A stretch of DNA of 24,000 bases from Minwuia thermotolerans. Lineage in GTDB: Bacteria; Pseudomonadota; Alphaproteobacteria; Minwuiales; Minwuiaceae. The stretch spans positions 10,063-34,062 of the forward strand of contig NZ_PIGG01000053.1 of assembly GCF_002924445.1 (NCBI RefSeq), given 5' to 3'. The notes beneath the pieces were generated by a model that saw only the letters and a program-made list of their open reading frames with translations, was not told the DNA's origin and made no database searches. Of this stretch, positions 16,001 to 23,537 are shown piece after piece. The stretch's first letter is position 1; every line of letters begins with the position of its first letter. The translations under genes and the position numbers were made by a program.

Positions 16001-16411
16001 ATGGCCACCGTCCGACCGCCCCGAGACGCCGAGACCGACCCCCGCGTGAAGGCTGTCTTCGACGACATCCGAACGACGCGCGGCACGGACTTCATCAACA
16101 ACTTCTGGCGTTACCTGGCGTTCGATCCGGGCCTGCTGGAGCAGGTCTGGACCGACGTCCGCGACGTCATGGCGAAGGACAGCGCGCTGGACGGCAAGAC
16201 CAAGGAAATGATCTACATCGCCGTCTCCATCGCCAATTCGTGCGACTATTGCATCCATTCCCACACCGCGTCCGCACGCGCCCGGGGCATGACCAGCGCG
16301 GAGTATGCGGACCTCCTGCGGGTGGTCTCCACCGCGGCGCGGACCAATCACCTGGTCAACGGCATGAAGGTGCCGGTCGACCCGGAATTCGACGCCGACC
16401 ACGCCGGGTAG
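16001..16411 (+). CDS. Carboxymuconolactone decarboxylase (AhpD-like) family protein
   Basis: The track ORF is 15866-16411. I prefer the ATG at 16001 (MATVRPP...) because a GAGGA run lies 10 nt upstream, but the starts at 15956 and 15866 cannot be excluded. The CMD-type core is TKEMIYIAVSIANSCDYCIHSHT, containing a C-x-x-C-x-x-H motif. Confidence 0.75.
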   Translation: MATVRPPRDAETDPRVKAVFDDIRTTRGTDFINNFWRYLAFDPGLLEQVWTDVRDVMAKDSALDGKTKEMIYIAVSIANSCDYCIHSHTASARARGMTSAEYADLLRVVSTAARTNHLVNGMKVPVDPEFDADHAG

Positions 16412-16419
16412 CGCGGGAC

Positions 16420-16941
16420 CTACGCCGGTCCGCAGGCGATGTCGTCGCGCTCACGCTCGACACTGTCCCAGTCGGCCGGACGCCGGACCAGACGGCGGAT
16501 CAGGACCACGCCCTTCTCGCCCGGGGCCACGACCGCCCGGCCGCCGAGGTCCGCCGCCTGCGCCTCCGTGGCGAGCGTCACCTCGCCGGCTGCGAGGTCC
16601 GCGCCGGTCAGGGTGAGGAAATTCTCCGTGTCACCGCCATAGGCGGTGACCGAAGCGCGGTCGCCGGTCTCGCCGAAGACGATCCGCACCGGACCCGCGG
16701 CAAGGTCGAAGGGGCAGATCGAGTAGGCCAGATCGGGCGCCGGGCGCGGCAGCATGCGGGCCGCCGCGTCGACGGGCGCGGCGTGGATCATGCGGTTGTA
16801 GCCGAAGCGGTCGCCGGTCTCGGCAAAGACGCGCTTCATCGCCATCCACGGCATCACGGCAACGACGACGACATGGATCAGCGCCGAGGCCAGGGCCGTG
16901 AAGACGGCCCAGCGGAAGATGGTCCGCGCGTTCAACGGCAT
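16420..16941 (-). CDS. Membrane-anchored DUF1254-like protein
   Basis: The 173 aa ORF has an N-terminal TM segment (IFRWAVFTALASALIHVVVVAVM). The block MLPRPAPDLAYSICPFDLAAGPVRIVF...SVTAYGGDTENF resembles the DUF1254 core (P-N-x-D-T-L-Y-S...D-L...G-P-v-v-l). The family was recognised from memory and not searched. Confidence 0.6.
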   Translation of the reverse strand: MPLNARTIFRWAVFTALASALIHVVVVAVMPWMAMKRVFAETGDRFGYNRMIHAAPVDAAARMLPRPAPDLAYSICPFDLAAGPVRIVFGETGDRASVTAYGGDTENFLTLTGADLAAGEVTLATEAQAADLGGRAVVAPGEKGVVLIRRLVRRPADWDSVERERDDIACGPA

Positions 16942-17522
16942 GCCCCCCGGTCGATGGCAAAGAGCGGCGCTTCATCGAGCCGGCGCCAGACCGTCTCGTC
17001 GGGGCCGTGGATTCTGAGGGTGAGGCTGAAGAACCCGCCCGCCCCCTCGACGGCGAGGCGGTTGGCGGCGCCCGGCGGCCCGCCGACCGTGATCTCGATC
17101 CGTCCGTCGCCCCGGAGTTGCACCGTCCCCGCGTCTACCGCGCCGCCCCGTCCCGGATCGGCAACCAGGAACTGGTCGCGGCCGTAGAGCGCCAGCGACC
17201 ACCACTCGCCCGCCGGCGGCCGTCCGGTCAGATGATACAGGCATTCCTCCACCAGCGGCTGGCCCCGGCTGTCGGTGTCGGCGGTGAAGTACAGCGCCTG
17301 CGCCCGCGGCAGGGCGAACAGACCGGTCATGGCCTGGGCCGTCCGCAGCCAGGGCGTCGGGCTTTCCTCGCCATAGGTGGCGTGCGTCCGCCAGGGCCCG
17401 TTGTGGAAGGATTCGACTTCGGCGACCGTGCGCACGGCATAGAGCGCGGATCCGACGCCGAGCACGCTCGAAACCATGAGAACCGACAGCACGAAGACCA
17501 CACGGCTCCAGTCGAAGTTCAT
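16932..17522 (-). CDS. Membrane-anchored DUF1214-like protein
   Basis: The track ORF is 16932-17693. I place the start at the ATG at 17522 (MNFDWSRVVFVLSVLMVSSVLGVGSALYA...), with a GAGGGGG run upstream and 11 nt after the esterase stop. The block ALYFTADTDSRGQPLVEECLYHLTGRPPAGEWWSLALYG resembles the DUF1214 core. It overlaps the downstream gene by 10 nt. Confidence 0.6.
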   Translation of the reverse strand: MNFDWSRVVFVLSVLMVSSVLGVGSALYAVRTVAEVESFHNGPWRTHATYGEESPTPWLRTAQAMTGLFALPRAQALYFTADTDSRGQPLVEECLYHLTGRPPAGEWWSLALYGRDQFLVADPGRGGAVDAGTVQLRGDGRIEITVGGPPGAANRLAVEGAGGFFSLTLRIHGPDETVWRRLDEAPLFAIDRGACR

Positions 17523-17532
17523 CCCCGCCCCC

Positions 17533-18462
17533 TCATGGCATTTTCCGCGCCACGAACTGCGCCAGCTCGCCGATGGCCCGGCGGCCCTCGGGCACGAAGG
17601 CCGCACCCAGATGCCAGACATGATACATGCCCGGCCAGACCCTGAGTTCGGAGACCACGCCGGCGGCGGCCAGCCTGGCGTGCAACCGCTCACTGTCGGA
17701 AAGCAGCACCTCGTCGCCGCCCACCTGAATCAAGGTCGGCGGCAGACCGTGATGGTCGCCCAGAAGCGGCGAGGCGCGCCAGTCGTCGAACGGAACCTCG
17801 TCGGCGCAATAGAGCGTGGCCGCCGCCTGCAACCCGGCCGGGCTCAGCATGGGATCGGCGCGATAACGGGTGCGAAGCGATGCGCCGGCGCCGGTCATGT
17901 CCGTCCAGGGCGAGATCAGGCAGGCCAATGCCGGCAGGGGTTCGCCCGCGTCCCTCAGCGCCATCAGGGTCGCCAGCGCGAGACCGCCGCCGGCCGAATC
18001 GCCCGCCATCACCGTGCGGGCCGGATCGAGGCCATCGGCGACAAGCGCCCGCCAGGCGGATAGCGAATCATCCAGGGCCGCGGGGCAGCGATGCGCCGGC
18101 GCCAGGCGGTAGTCCAGCAGGAAGACCTCGGCCTCCAGCGCCTGCGCCAGCCGCCAGCCGAAGTCCCTGTAGTCCAGCGGCGAGCCCCAGAAATAGCCGC
18201 CGCCATGGCAGTAGAAGACCGAGCGGACCGCCTTGCTGCCGTCCAGCCGCAGCCATTCGCCGCGCGGCGTCGCCTCGACGACCAGATCCCGCGGGGGACT
18301 GGGCAGCCAGCGCCGGGAACTGCTGGCCATGCGGGAGAACTCGGCGGCAATGGCCTCGGGCGTCGCGGCCTCCATCTCGCGGCTGCGGCGGCGAAAGCGC
18401 AGCCACAGCAACCAGTGCGCCAGCCTCGCCTGCCAGCTCATGGCCCAGCGCCGCCGGGCCAC
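17533..18462 (-). CDS. Alpha/beta hydrolase, family IV (hormone-sensitive-lipase-like) esterase/lipase
   Basis: The 309 aa ORF has the oxyanion-hole motif FYCHGGGYFWG and the nucleophile elbow GDSAGGGLA. A C-terminal His region (MYHVWH) is also present. The start could alternatively be the internal Met at codon 8. Confidence 0.85.
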   Translation of the reverse strand: MARRRWAMSWQARLAHWLLWLRFRRRSREMEAATPEAIAAEFSRMASSSRRWLPSPPRDLVVEATPRGEWLRLDGSKAVRSVFYCHGGGYFWGSPLDYRDFGWRLAQALEAEVFLLDYRLAPAHRCPAALDDSLSAWRALVADGLDPARTVMAGDSAGGGLALATLMALRDAGEPLPALACLISPWTDMTGAGASLRTRYRADPMLSPAGLQAAATLYCADEVPFDDWRASPLLGDHHGLPPTLIQVGGDEVLLSDSERLHARLAAAGVVSELRVWPGMYHVWHLGAAFVPEGRRAIGELAQFVARKMP

Positions 18463-18490
18463 CGGCGTGGGCGGACAAAGGCGGCGCGGA

Positions 18491-19846
18491 TCACCGCTGC
18501 GTCAGCTTCAGTTCGATGCGGCGGTTGCGGCGCATGGAGAGTTCGCTGTCGCCCGGCTCGATCGGATGGAACGCGGCGAAGCCGGTCGGCGCCAGCCGGT
18601 CCGGCGGAATGCCCTGTTCGGTCAGGAACTTGGCCACGGCGATGGCGCGCGCCGCCGACAGCTCCCAGTTCGACGGGAAACGCGGCGTGCTGATCGGCCG
18701 GGCGTCGGTATGGCCGTCGATGCGCAGCACCCAGTTGATGTCGTCGGGAATCCTGTCCATCACGTTCTTCAGGGTGTCGGCCAGCTTGGTGAGCTGGATC
18801 TGACCGGCCACGCCCAGATCGGCGCTGCCGGTCTCGAACAGAACCTCGGACTGGAAGACGAAGCGGTCGCCGACGATGCGGATGCCCTGCTGGTTGGACA
18901 GCACCTCGCGCAGGCGGCCGAAGAACTCGGAGCGGTAGCGCGCCAGCTTCTCCACCTGGCTGGCCAGCGCCTTGTTGAGCCGCCGCCCCAGATCGGCGAT
19001 CTGCGCCTGGCTCGCCTCATCGCGGGCCTCGTACTCGTCCAGCAGCGCCTGGATGTCGTTCAGCTGCTTGCGCAAATCCGCGATCTGCAGGTTCAGCAGA
19101 TGCACCTGCCGGCGCGCAGCCTCGGAAATGCGCTGTTCTTCCGTCAGTTCCGAAGCCGTGCGCTCCCGCGCCTCCCGGGCCGTGTCGAGTTCTTCCTCGC
19201 GGCCTTCCAGTTCGTCGAGCGTCGCCTGCAGCCGGGCCGTCGTGTCCTCCAGGTCCCCTTGCAGATTTGCGATGCGGGTCTCCGCTTCGACCTGCTGCTC
19301 TTCCAGTTCCGCGACCCTGTCCTGGGACTGGAAGTAGAGTGTCTGCAGTTCCTGCAGGGACTGCTCCGCCTCGGCCCGGCTGGTCTCCGATTCGTCGCGC
19401 AGGCGAGCCAGGGCGGCCTCCCGCGCGCGCAGCTCGGCGAGTTGCGCCTCGAGCTCGGCCCGGTCGGCTTCGGTGAAGTTCTGCAGCCGCTCCAGTTCGC
19501 CCTCGGCCTGTTCGGCGCGTTCGCGCAGGGTGGCGATCTGCAGCGCCAGTTCGTCCCGCTCCGCGGTCGACGAACTCAGCGCCGCCGAAAGCTGGGAGAC
19601 GTTGCGGCGCAGATCCTCGTTGGCGCGCCGCTCGCTCGACAGGATACTCTGCAGCGTCGCGATCTCCTCGGAGAGCCGCATCAATTCCTCGTCGCGGCCC
19701 GAGATGGCCTGGCTGAGGAAGAACTGCGCCAGCACGAAAACCGACAGCAGAAAGATCATGGCCAGCAGGACCGTGGCCAGCGCGTCGACGAATCCCGGCC
19801 AGATATTGGCCTCGTTGCGGGAACGGCCGCCGCGCAACAGCGCCAT
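18491..19846 (-). CDS. MotB-like protein: N-terminal TM with a conserved Asp, a ~265-aa coiled coil, and a C-terminal OmpA/MotB peptidoglycan-binding domain
   Basis: The 451 aa ORF begins ...NIWPGFVDALATVLLAMIFLL, which is a MotB/ExbD-style TM helix with Asp. A long heptad-like Glu/Leu/Arg/Ala-rich region spans aa ~50-315. The C-terminus is FQSEVLFETGSADL...IDGHTDARPI...NWELSAARAIAVAKFL...NRRIELKL, an OmpA_C-like domain. The start lies 2 nt after the MotA-like stop. Confidence 0.8.
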   Translation of the reverse strand: MALLRGGRSRNEANIWPGFVDALATVLLAMIFLLSVFVLAQFFLSQAISGRDEELMRLSEEIATLQSILSSERRANEDLRRNVSQLSAALSSSTAERDELALQIATLRERAEQAEGELERLQNFTEADRAELEAQLAELRAREAALARLRDESETSRAEAEQSLQELQTLYFQSQDRVAELEEQQVEAETRIANLQGDLEDTTARLQATLDELEGREEELDTAREARERTASELTEEQRISEAARRQVHLLNLQIADLRKQLNDIQALLDEYEARDEASQAQIADLGRRLNKALASQVEKLARYRSEFFGRLREVLSNQQGIRIVGDRFVFQSEVLFETGSADLGVAGQIQLTKLADTLKNVMDRIPDDINWVLRIDGHTDARPISTPRFPSNWELSAARAIAVAKFLTEQGIPPDRLAPTGFAAFHPIEPGDSELSMRRNRRIELKLTQR

Positions 19847-19848
19847 GA

Positions 19849-20979
19849 TCAGCGCCCTTCGTCAGCGATGGCCGCGATGGTCCGCGTCAGCACCTTGATT
19901 TCGGCGCGGATCTCGTCGACCGAGTGCTGGCGGCCGGAGGTTGTCTCCTCCAGCAGCCGCGCGACATAGACGTCGAGATTGCGCAGGTGGGTTTCCATCG
20001 AGCTGTCGCCGCCCTGCTCGGTCGCGACGGCGATACGCTGCAGGATCGGCTTCATCTCCATCTGACCCTCGGCAAGCTTCACCATCAGGTCGCGCTCGGC
20101 GCGCATCTGGTCGGTCAGGCTGGCGAGCCGTTCGGCGAGCTGGAGCAGCGTCTGGTTGCCAGTGCCACGAGATTCCTCGGACCGCGCCATGATCCGCTGC
20201 AGGTTGTCCAGGCTGTCCGCGGTCTGCTCCAGCAGGGCCTGGACGTAGACAGGAACCGAGGCCTCGGACTCGGCCAGCCCGCCCCCGCTGGACAGCCGCG
20301 TGAAGCTGGAAAGCCACTCCTCCAGGTCATTGTAGAAGCGGTTCTGCGCCTGAGAGGCCTGAAGGTCGAGAAAACCCAGCACGAGCGAACCGGCAAGGCC
20401 GAAGAGCGAGGACGAAAAGGCGGTGCCCATGCCCTCCAGGGGCTGTTCCAGCCCGCGCTTGAGATCGTCGAAGACGGCGCCGAACTCGACGCCCTCCACG
20501 GACAGCGAACTGATCGTGTCGCCGATCGATGCGATCGTTTCAAGCAGGCCCCAGAAGGTGCCCAGCAGACCGAGGAACACCAGCAGGCCGATCAGGTAAC
20601 GCGACATGTCGCGGCTTTCGTCCAGCCGCGCCGCGATCGAATCGAGGAGCGAGCGCATGGAAAGCGTCGACAGGCTGACCCGCCCCTTCTTGTCCTGCAG
20701 CATGGTAGCCAACGGCGACATCATGGCCGGCGGCGACTGCGTCGACAGGCCGGGTTCCTTGCGCCGGAAGGTCTCCACCCAGCGCACCGCCGGCCGCAGC
20801 TGGAAGACCTGGCGCAGGACGTAGACCACGCCGATCAGCAACACGCCGACGATCAGGCCGTTCAGCGCCGGATTGGTCATGAAGGCACGGATGATGGGTT
20901 CGTGCAGTACGGCGATGACGCCGACAACGATCACCAGGAAGACGAGTATCCGCGTGAGATAGGCTGAGGGCTGGGTCAT
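19849..20979 (-). CDS. MotA/TolQ/ExbB-family proton-channel protein with a ~130-aa helical C-terminal tail
   Basis: The 376 aa ORF has N-terminal TM segments. The channel core is LLVFLGLLGTFWGLLETI ... GMGTAFSSSLFGLAGSLVLGFL, typical of MotA/ExbB. It is followed by a charged, helical C-terminal region. Confidence 0.8.
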   Translation of the reverse strand: MTQPSAYLTRILVFLVIVVGVIAVLHEPIIRAFMTNPALNGLIVGVLLIGVVYVLRQVFQLRPAVRWVETFRRKEPGLSTQSPPAMMSPLATMLQDKKGRVSLSTLSMRSLLDSIAARLDESRDMSRYLIGLLVFLGLLGTFWGLLETIASIGDTISSLSVEGVEFGAVFDDLKRGLEQPLEGMGTAFSSSLFGLAGSLVLGFLDLQASQAQNRFYNDLEEWLSSFTRLSSGGGLAESEASVPVYVQALLEQTADSLDNLQRIMARSEESRGTGNQTLLQLAERLASLTDQMRAERDLMVKLAEGQMEMKPILQRIAVATEQGGDSSMETHLRNLDVYVARLLEETTSGRQHSVDEIRAEIKVLTRTIAAIADEGR

Positions 20980-21012
20980 GCGTCTCGGGGTTCCTGAATC
21001 TGGTCCGCCACG

Positions 21013-22041
21013 TCAGCGCGACGCGATTTCGACATCCACCCGGTTGCCCGGTCCTTCATCGGCGGGCTCGCCGAGCGCGCGCACCAGGATGCGGAAGCTC
21101 TCGACCCCGTTGTCCAGCAGGATCCGGCGCACGGTTTGCGCGCGTCTGAGCGACACGCGCCGCTTCCAGTCACTGGTTTCGGTCTCCGAATCGGCATAGG
21201 CGCGAACCTGGATACGGTCGTTGCCGTCCTGCACCGCGCGGGCGATCTCGGTGAGTTTGTCGCGTTCGGCGGCCGGTACATCCACCTCCGCGCCCTCGAA
21301 CAGGATTCGCGTGACACCCGGTGCGGCGGCCTGGGCCGGAACGGCGGCCACCCGGGGCTCGGGTTCAGGCGCCGGTTCGGGGGCGGGGGCAGGCTCGGGG
21401 CGCGGCGCAGGCGCCGGCGCCGCTGCCTGGCGCGCAGGCCGCTCGACGGTCTCGGGCGCGGCGGGGGCGGCCACGCGGACCCTTTCGGATTCGGGCTTCG
21501 GCTCCGGCACCGCCTCAGGACGCGGTTGCGGGGCCGGCTCCGGCGTGGGAGTCGGCTGCGGCCTGGATTGGGGCGCCGGGGCGGCGCGGACCTGTTCACG
21601 GGCGGGTTCGGCGGCCCTCTTCGGGGCGGGCTGCGGCGCGGCCGGTTCGGCGCGGACGCTGGCGCGCGGAGCCGGGACCGGCCGGCTGCCATCCTGACCA
21701 GGTGGCCGAAGAGTGATGCGGCGGTCGCCGCGGTTGGCCTGGTGCGGCGGAAGGGACGTATCCGTGGGCGCCATTACCGGGCCGCGCGAGGTGTTGAAGG
21801 GCTTCGTTGCCCTGTCGGGAACGCTGGAGCCCAGGACCGATCCCGGGCGCACGGCCATGGTCGGGTCGACCGAGACGGAAGGCGGCGCGTAGTCGTCCGC
21901 GGTGCGCACGCCGCCGCCGTCGATGATGATGGTGGCGCCGTCGTACTGGGCCATCGCAGGCGCCGCCGCCAAGGCAGCGAGGATCACGGCGCCGGCGCCG
22001 ATCCCTGGCAGTCTGCTCACCCGGTTGCTCTCATCCCGCAT
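21013..22041 (-). CDS. Secreted proline-rich protein with a degenerate C-terminal OmpA-like domain
   Basis: The track ORF is 21013-22248, and the extension overlaps suhB. I place the start at the ATG at 22041 (MRDESNRVSRLPGIGAGAVILAALAAAPAMAQ), which gives a signal peptide. No clear Shine-Dalgarno sequence is present, so the start is uncertain. A ~130-aa Pro/Ala/Glu-rich linker occupies the middle. The C-terminus is ILFEGAEVDV...IQVRAYAD...VSLRRAQTVRRILLDNGV...RI. Confidence 0.65.
   Translation of the reverse strand: MRDESNRVSRLPGIGAGAVILAALAAAPAMAQYDGATIIIDGGGVRTADDYAPPSVSVDPTMAVRPGSVLGSSVPDRATKPFNTSRGPVMAPTDTSLPPHQANRGDRRITLRPPGQDGSRPVPAPRASVRAEPAAPQPAPKRAAEPAREQVRAAPAPQSRPQPTPTPEPAPQPRPEAVPEPKPESERVRVAAPAAPETVERPARQAAAPAPAPRPEPAPAPEPAPEPEPRVAAVPAQAAAPGVTRILFEGAEVDVPAAERDKLTEIARAVQDGNDRIQVRAYADSETETSDWKRRVSLRRAQTVRRILLDNGVESFRILVRALGEPADEGPGNRVDVEIASR
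21320..21700 (-). repeat. Low-complexity Pro/Ala/Glu (PEPAP-like) coding region within the OmpA-like gene
   Basis: The translation contains PQPAPKRAAEP...PQPTPTPEPAPQPRPEAVPEPKPE...APAPAPRPEPAPAPEPAPEPEP. The underlying GC-rich repetitive DNA leaves open ORFs in several frames (track ORFs 20976-21692, 21221-21697, 21321-21716 and 21136-22299). Confidence 0.8.
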
Positions 22042-22082
22042 GCCGGGGAGGATATCGCAACCGGTCAGGATTGCCAGCCCTC

Positions 22083-22883
22083 TCAGGTACTTGCCGATGC
22101 CTTCTTGAGCGCGTTGAGAAGCAGCGGGTGGATCGACGTGTTGCCGGCGACGACGTCGCCGGTCTCCAGCATCTTCCGCCCGCCCCCGATGTCGGTCACC
22201 AGACCCCCGGCCTCCCTGATCAGGATGAGGCCGGCGGCCATGTCCCACTGCTGCAGACCGCGCTCCCAGAAGCCCTCGAAACGGCCGGCGGCGACATAGG
22301 CCAGGTCCAGCGAGGCGACGCCGAGGCGGCGGATGCCGGAAACGCTGTCGGTCAGCGCCCTGAGTTCGGCCAGCAGCGTGTCGTGGCCCGGCTTGCCCAT
22401 ATAGGGAATGCCCGTCGCCAGCAGGGCGTCCGCCATCTTCGTGCGGCCGGACACGCGCAGGCGGCGGTCGTTCATGAACGCGCCCTTGCCCTTCTCGGCG
22501 TAGAACAACTCGTCGCGCACGGGTTCCAGGATGACGCCGGCCTGAATCTCCCCACGCTGCATCAGCGCGATTGAGATGGCGAAATGCGGAATGCCGTGCA
22601 GGAAGTTCGTGGTGCCGTCCAGCGGATCGATGATCCAGTAGCTGTCGCCGTCCGGCGCCTCGACGCGGCCAGCCTCCTCCAGGATGAAACCGAAATCGGG
22701 ACGGGCCTTGGACAGTTCCTCGCGGAGGGTCTTCTCGGCCTGCAGATCCGCGGTGCTGACGAAATCGGCCGGACCCTTGCGGGACACCTGCAGCTGCTCG
22801 ACCTCGCCCAGATCGTGCAGCAGGTTGCGCGCCGCCTTGCGGGCCGCGCGCTCCATGACGTTTATGTTGGCTGTCTTGCGCAA
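22083..22883 (-). CDS. suhB: Inositol monophosphatase family protein (SuhB-like)
   Basis: The 266 aa ORF has the N-terminus NVMERAARKAARNL. IMPase signatures are present: FILEEAG, WIIDPLDGTTNFLHG and a WDMAAG-containing C-terminal motif. Confidence 0.9.
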   Translation of the reverse strand: MRKTANINVMERAARKAARNLLHDLGEVEQLQVSRKGPADFVSTADLQAEKTLREELSKARPDFGFILEEAGRVEAPDGDSYWIIDPLDGTTNFLHGIPHFAISIALMQRGEIQAGVILEPVRDELFYAEKGKGAFMNDRRLRVSGRTKMADALLATGIPYMGKPGHDTLLAELRALTDSVSGIRRLGVASLDLAYVAAGRFEGFWERGLQQWDMAAGLILIREAGGLVTDIGGGRKMLETGDVVAGNTSIHPLLLNALKKASAST

Positions 22884-22894
22884 GGTACTGGCGA

Positions 22895-23458
22895 TCAGTC
22901 GGCGCGCTTGACGTAGGCGCCTTCGGCGGTGGCGACCACGATCCGTTCGCCGACGTCGACGAAAGGCGGCACCATGCAGCGCATGCCGTTGTTCAGGATC
23001 GCCGGCTTGTAGCTGGAGGCCGCGGTCTGACCCTTCACGGTCGGCTCGGTCTCCGTGACTTCCAGCGTGACGTGCTCAGGCAGGATAACGCCCAGCGGCT
23101 CCTCCTCGTGGAACTCCACCTGAACCATCATGCCGTCCTGCAGGTAGACCGCGTCGTCGCCGACAAGTTCCCTGTTGATGTTGATCTGTTCGTAGCTCTC
23201 GGTGTCCATGAAGGTGATCATGTTCTCGTCCATGAACAGGTACTGATAGTCCCGCTGCTCGAGGCGCGCGCGCTCCACCGTCTCAGAGGACCGGAAGCGC
23301 TCGTTGAGCTTGCTGCCGTCGCGCAGGTTGCGCAGCTCCACCTGCAGATAGGCGCCGCCCTTGCCCGGCTGGGTGTGCTGGATGCGCATCGCGCGCCAGA
23401 GGCCGCCCTTGTGCTCGATGACGTTGCCGGGACGGATGGCGTTTCCGTTGATCTTCAT
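22895..23458 (-). CDS. efp: Translation elongation factor P
   Basis: The track ORF is 22895-23560. I place the start at the ATG at 23458, giving 187 aa: [55 protein letters not shown].... This is the classic EF-P sequence with the KPGKG-type loop. Confidence 0.96.
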   Translation of the reverse strand: MKINGNAIRPGNVIEHKGGLWRAMRIQHTQPGKGGAYLQVELRNLRDGSKLNERFRSSETVERARLEQRDYQYLFMDENMITFMDTESYEQININRELVGDDAVYLQDGMMVQVEFHEEEPLGVILPEHVTLEVTETEPTVKGQTAASSYKPAILNNGMRCMVPPFVDVGERIVVATAEGAYVKRAD

Positions 23459-23537
23459 GGCTCGATGGGTCCGGTGATCTGAATGGATGGCGGCGCGCCG
23501 GGCCGGGGCCGGGCCGCCGCGAGGCTGCGGTTGTCTA

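Noticed and set aside
16412-16436. An imperfect hairpin, GCG(G)GACC-N6-GGTCCGC, in the 8-nt gap between the convergent CMD-family and DUF1254 genes, considered as a possible bidirectional terminator.
   Set aside because: The stem is only ~7 bp with a bulge. It has no U-tract on either strand, and most of it lies inside the DUF1254 coding end. This is too weak to call.
18233-19969. A 578-aa plus-strand ORF. Similar plus-strand ORFs occur at 17880-18803, 19924-20967 and 21136-22299.
   Set aside because: All are antisense or alternative-frame to the esterase, MotB-like, MotA-like and OmpA-like genes. None has motifs, and their composition is typical of non-coding frames in GC-rich DNA.
18491-22041. 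Calling the MotA/MotB-like module a Zorya anti-phage system.
   Set aside because: There are no ZorC/ZorD-like (or ZorE) genes. The MotA-like protein is much shorter than I would expect for ZorA and lacks its very long tail. GC content equals that of the host core genome, and the flanks are housekeeping genes. I kept it as an uncharacterised envelope motor instead.
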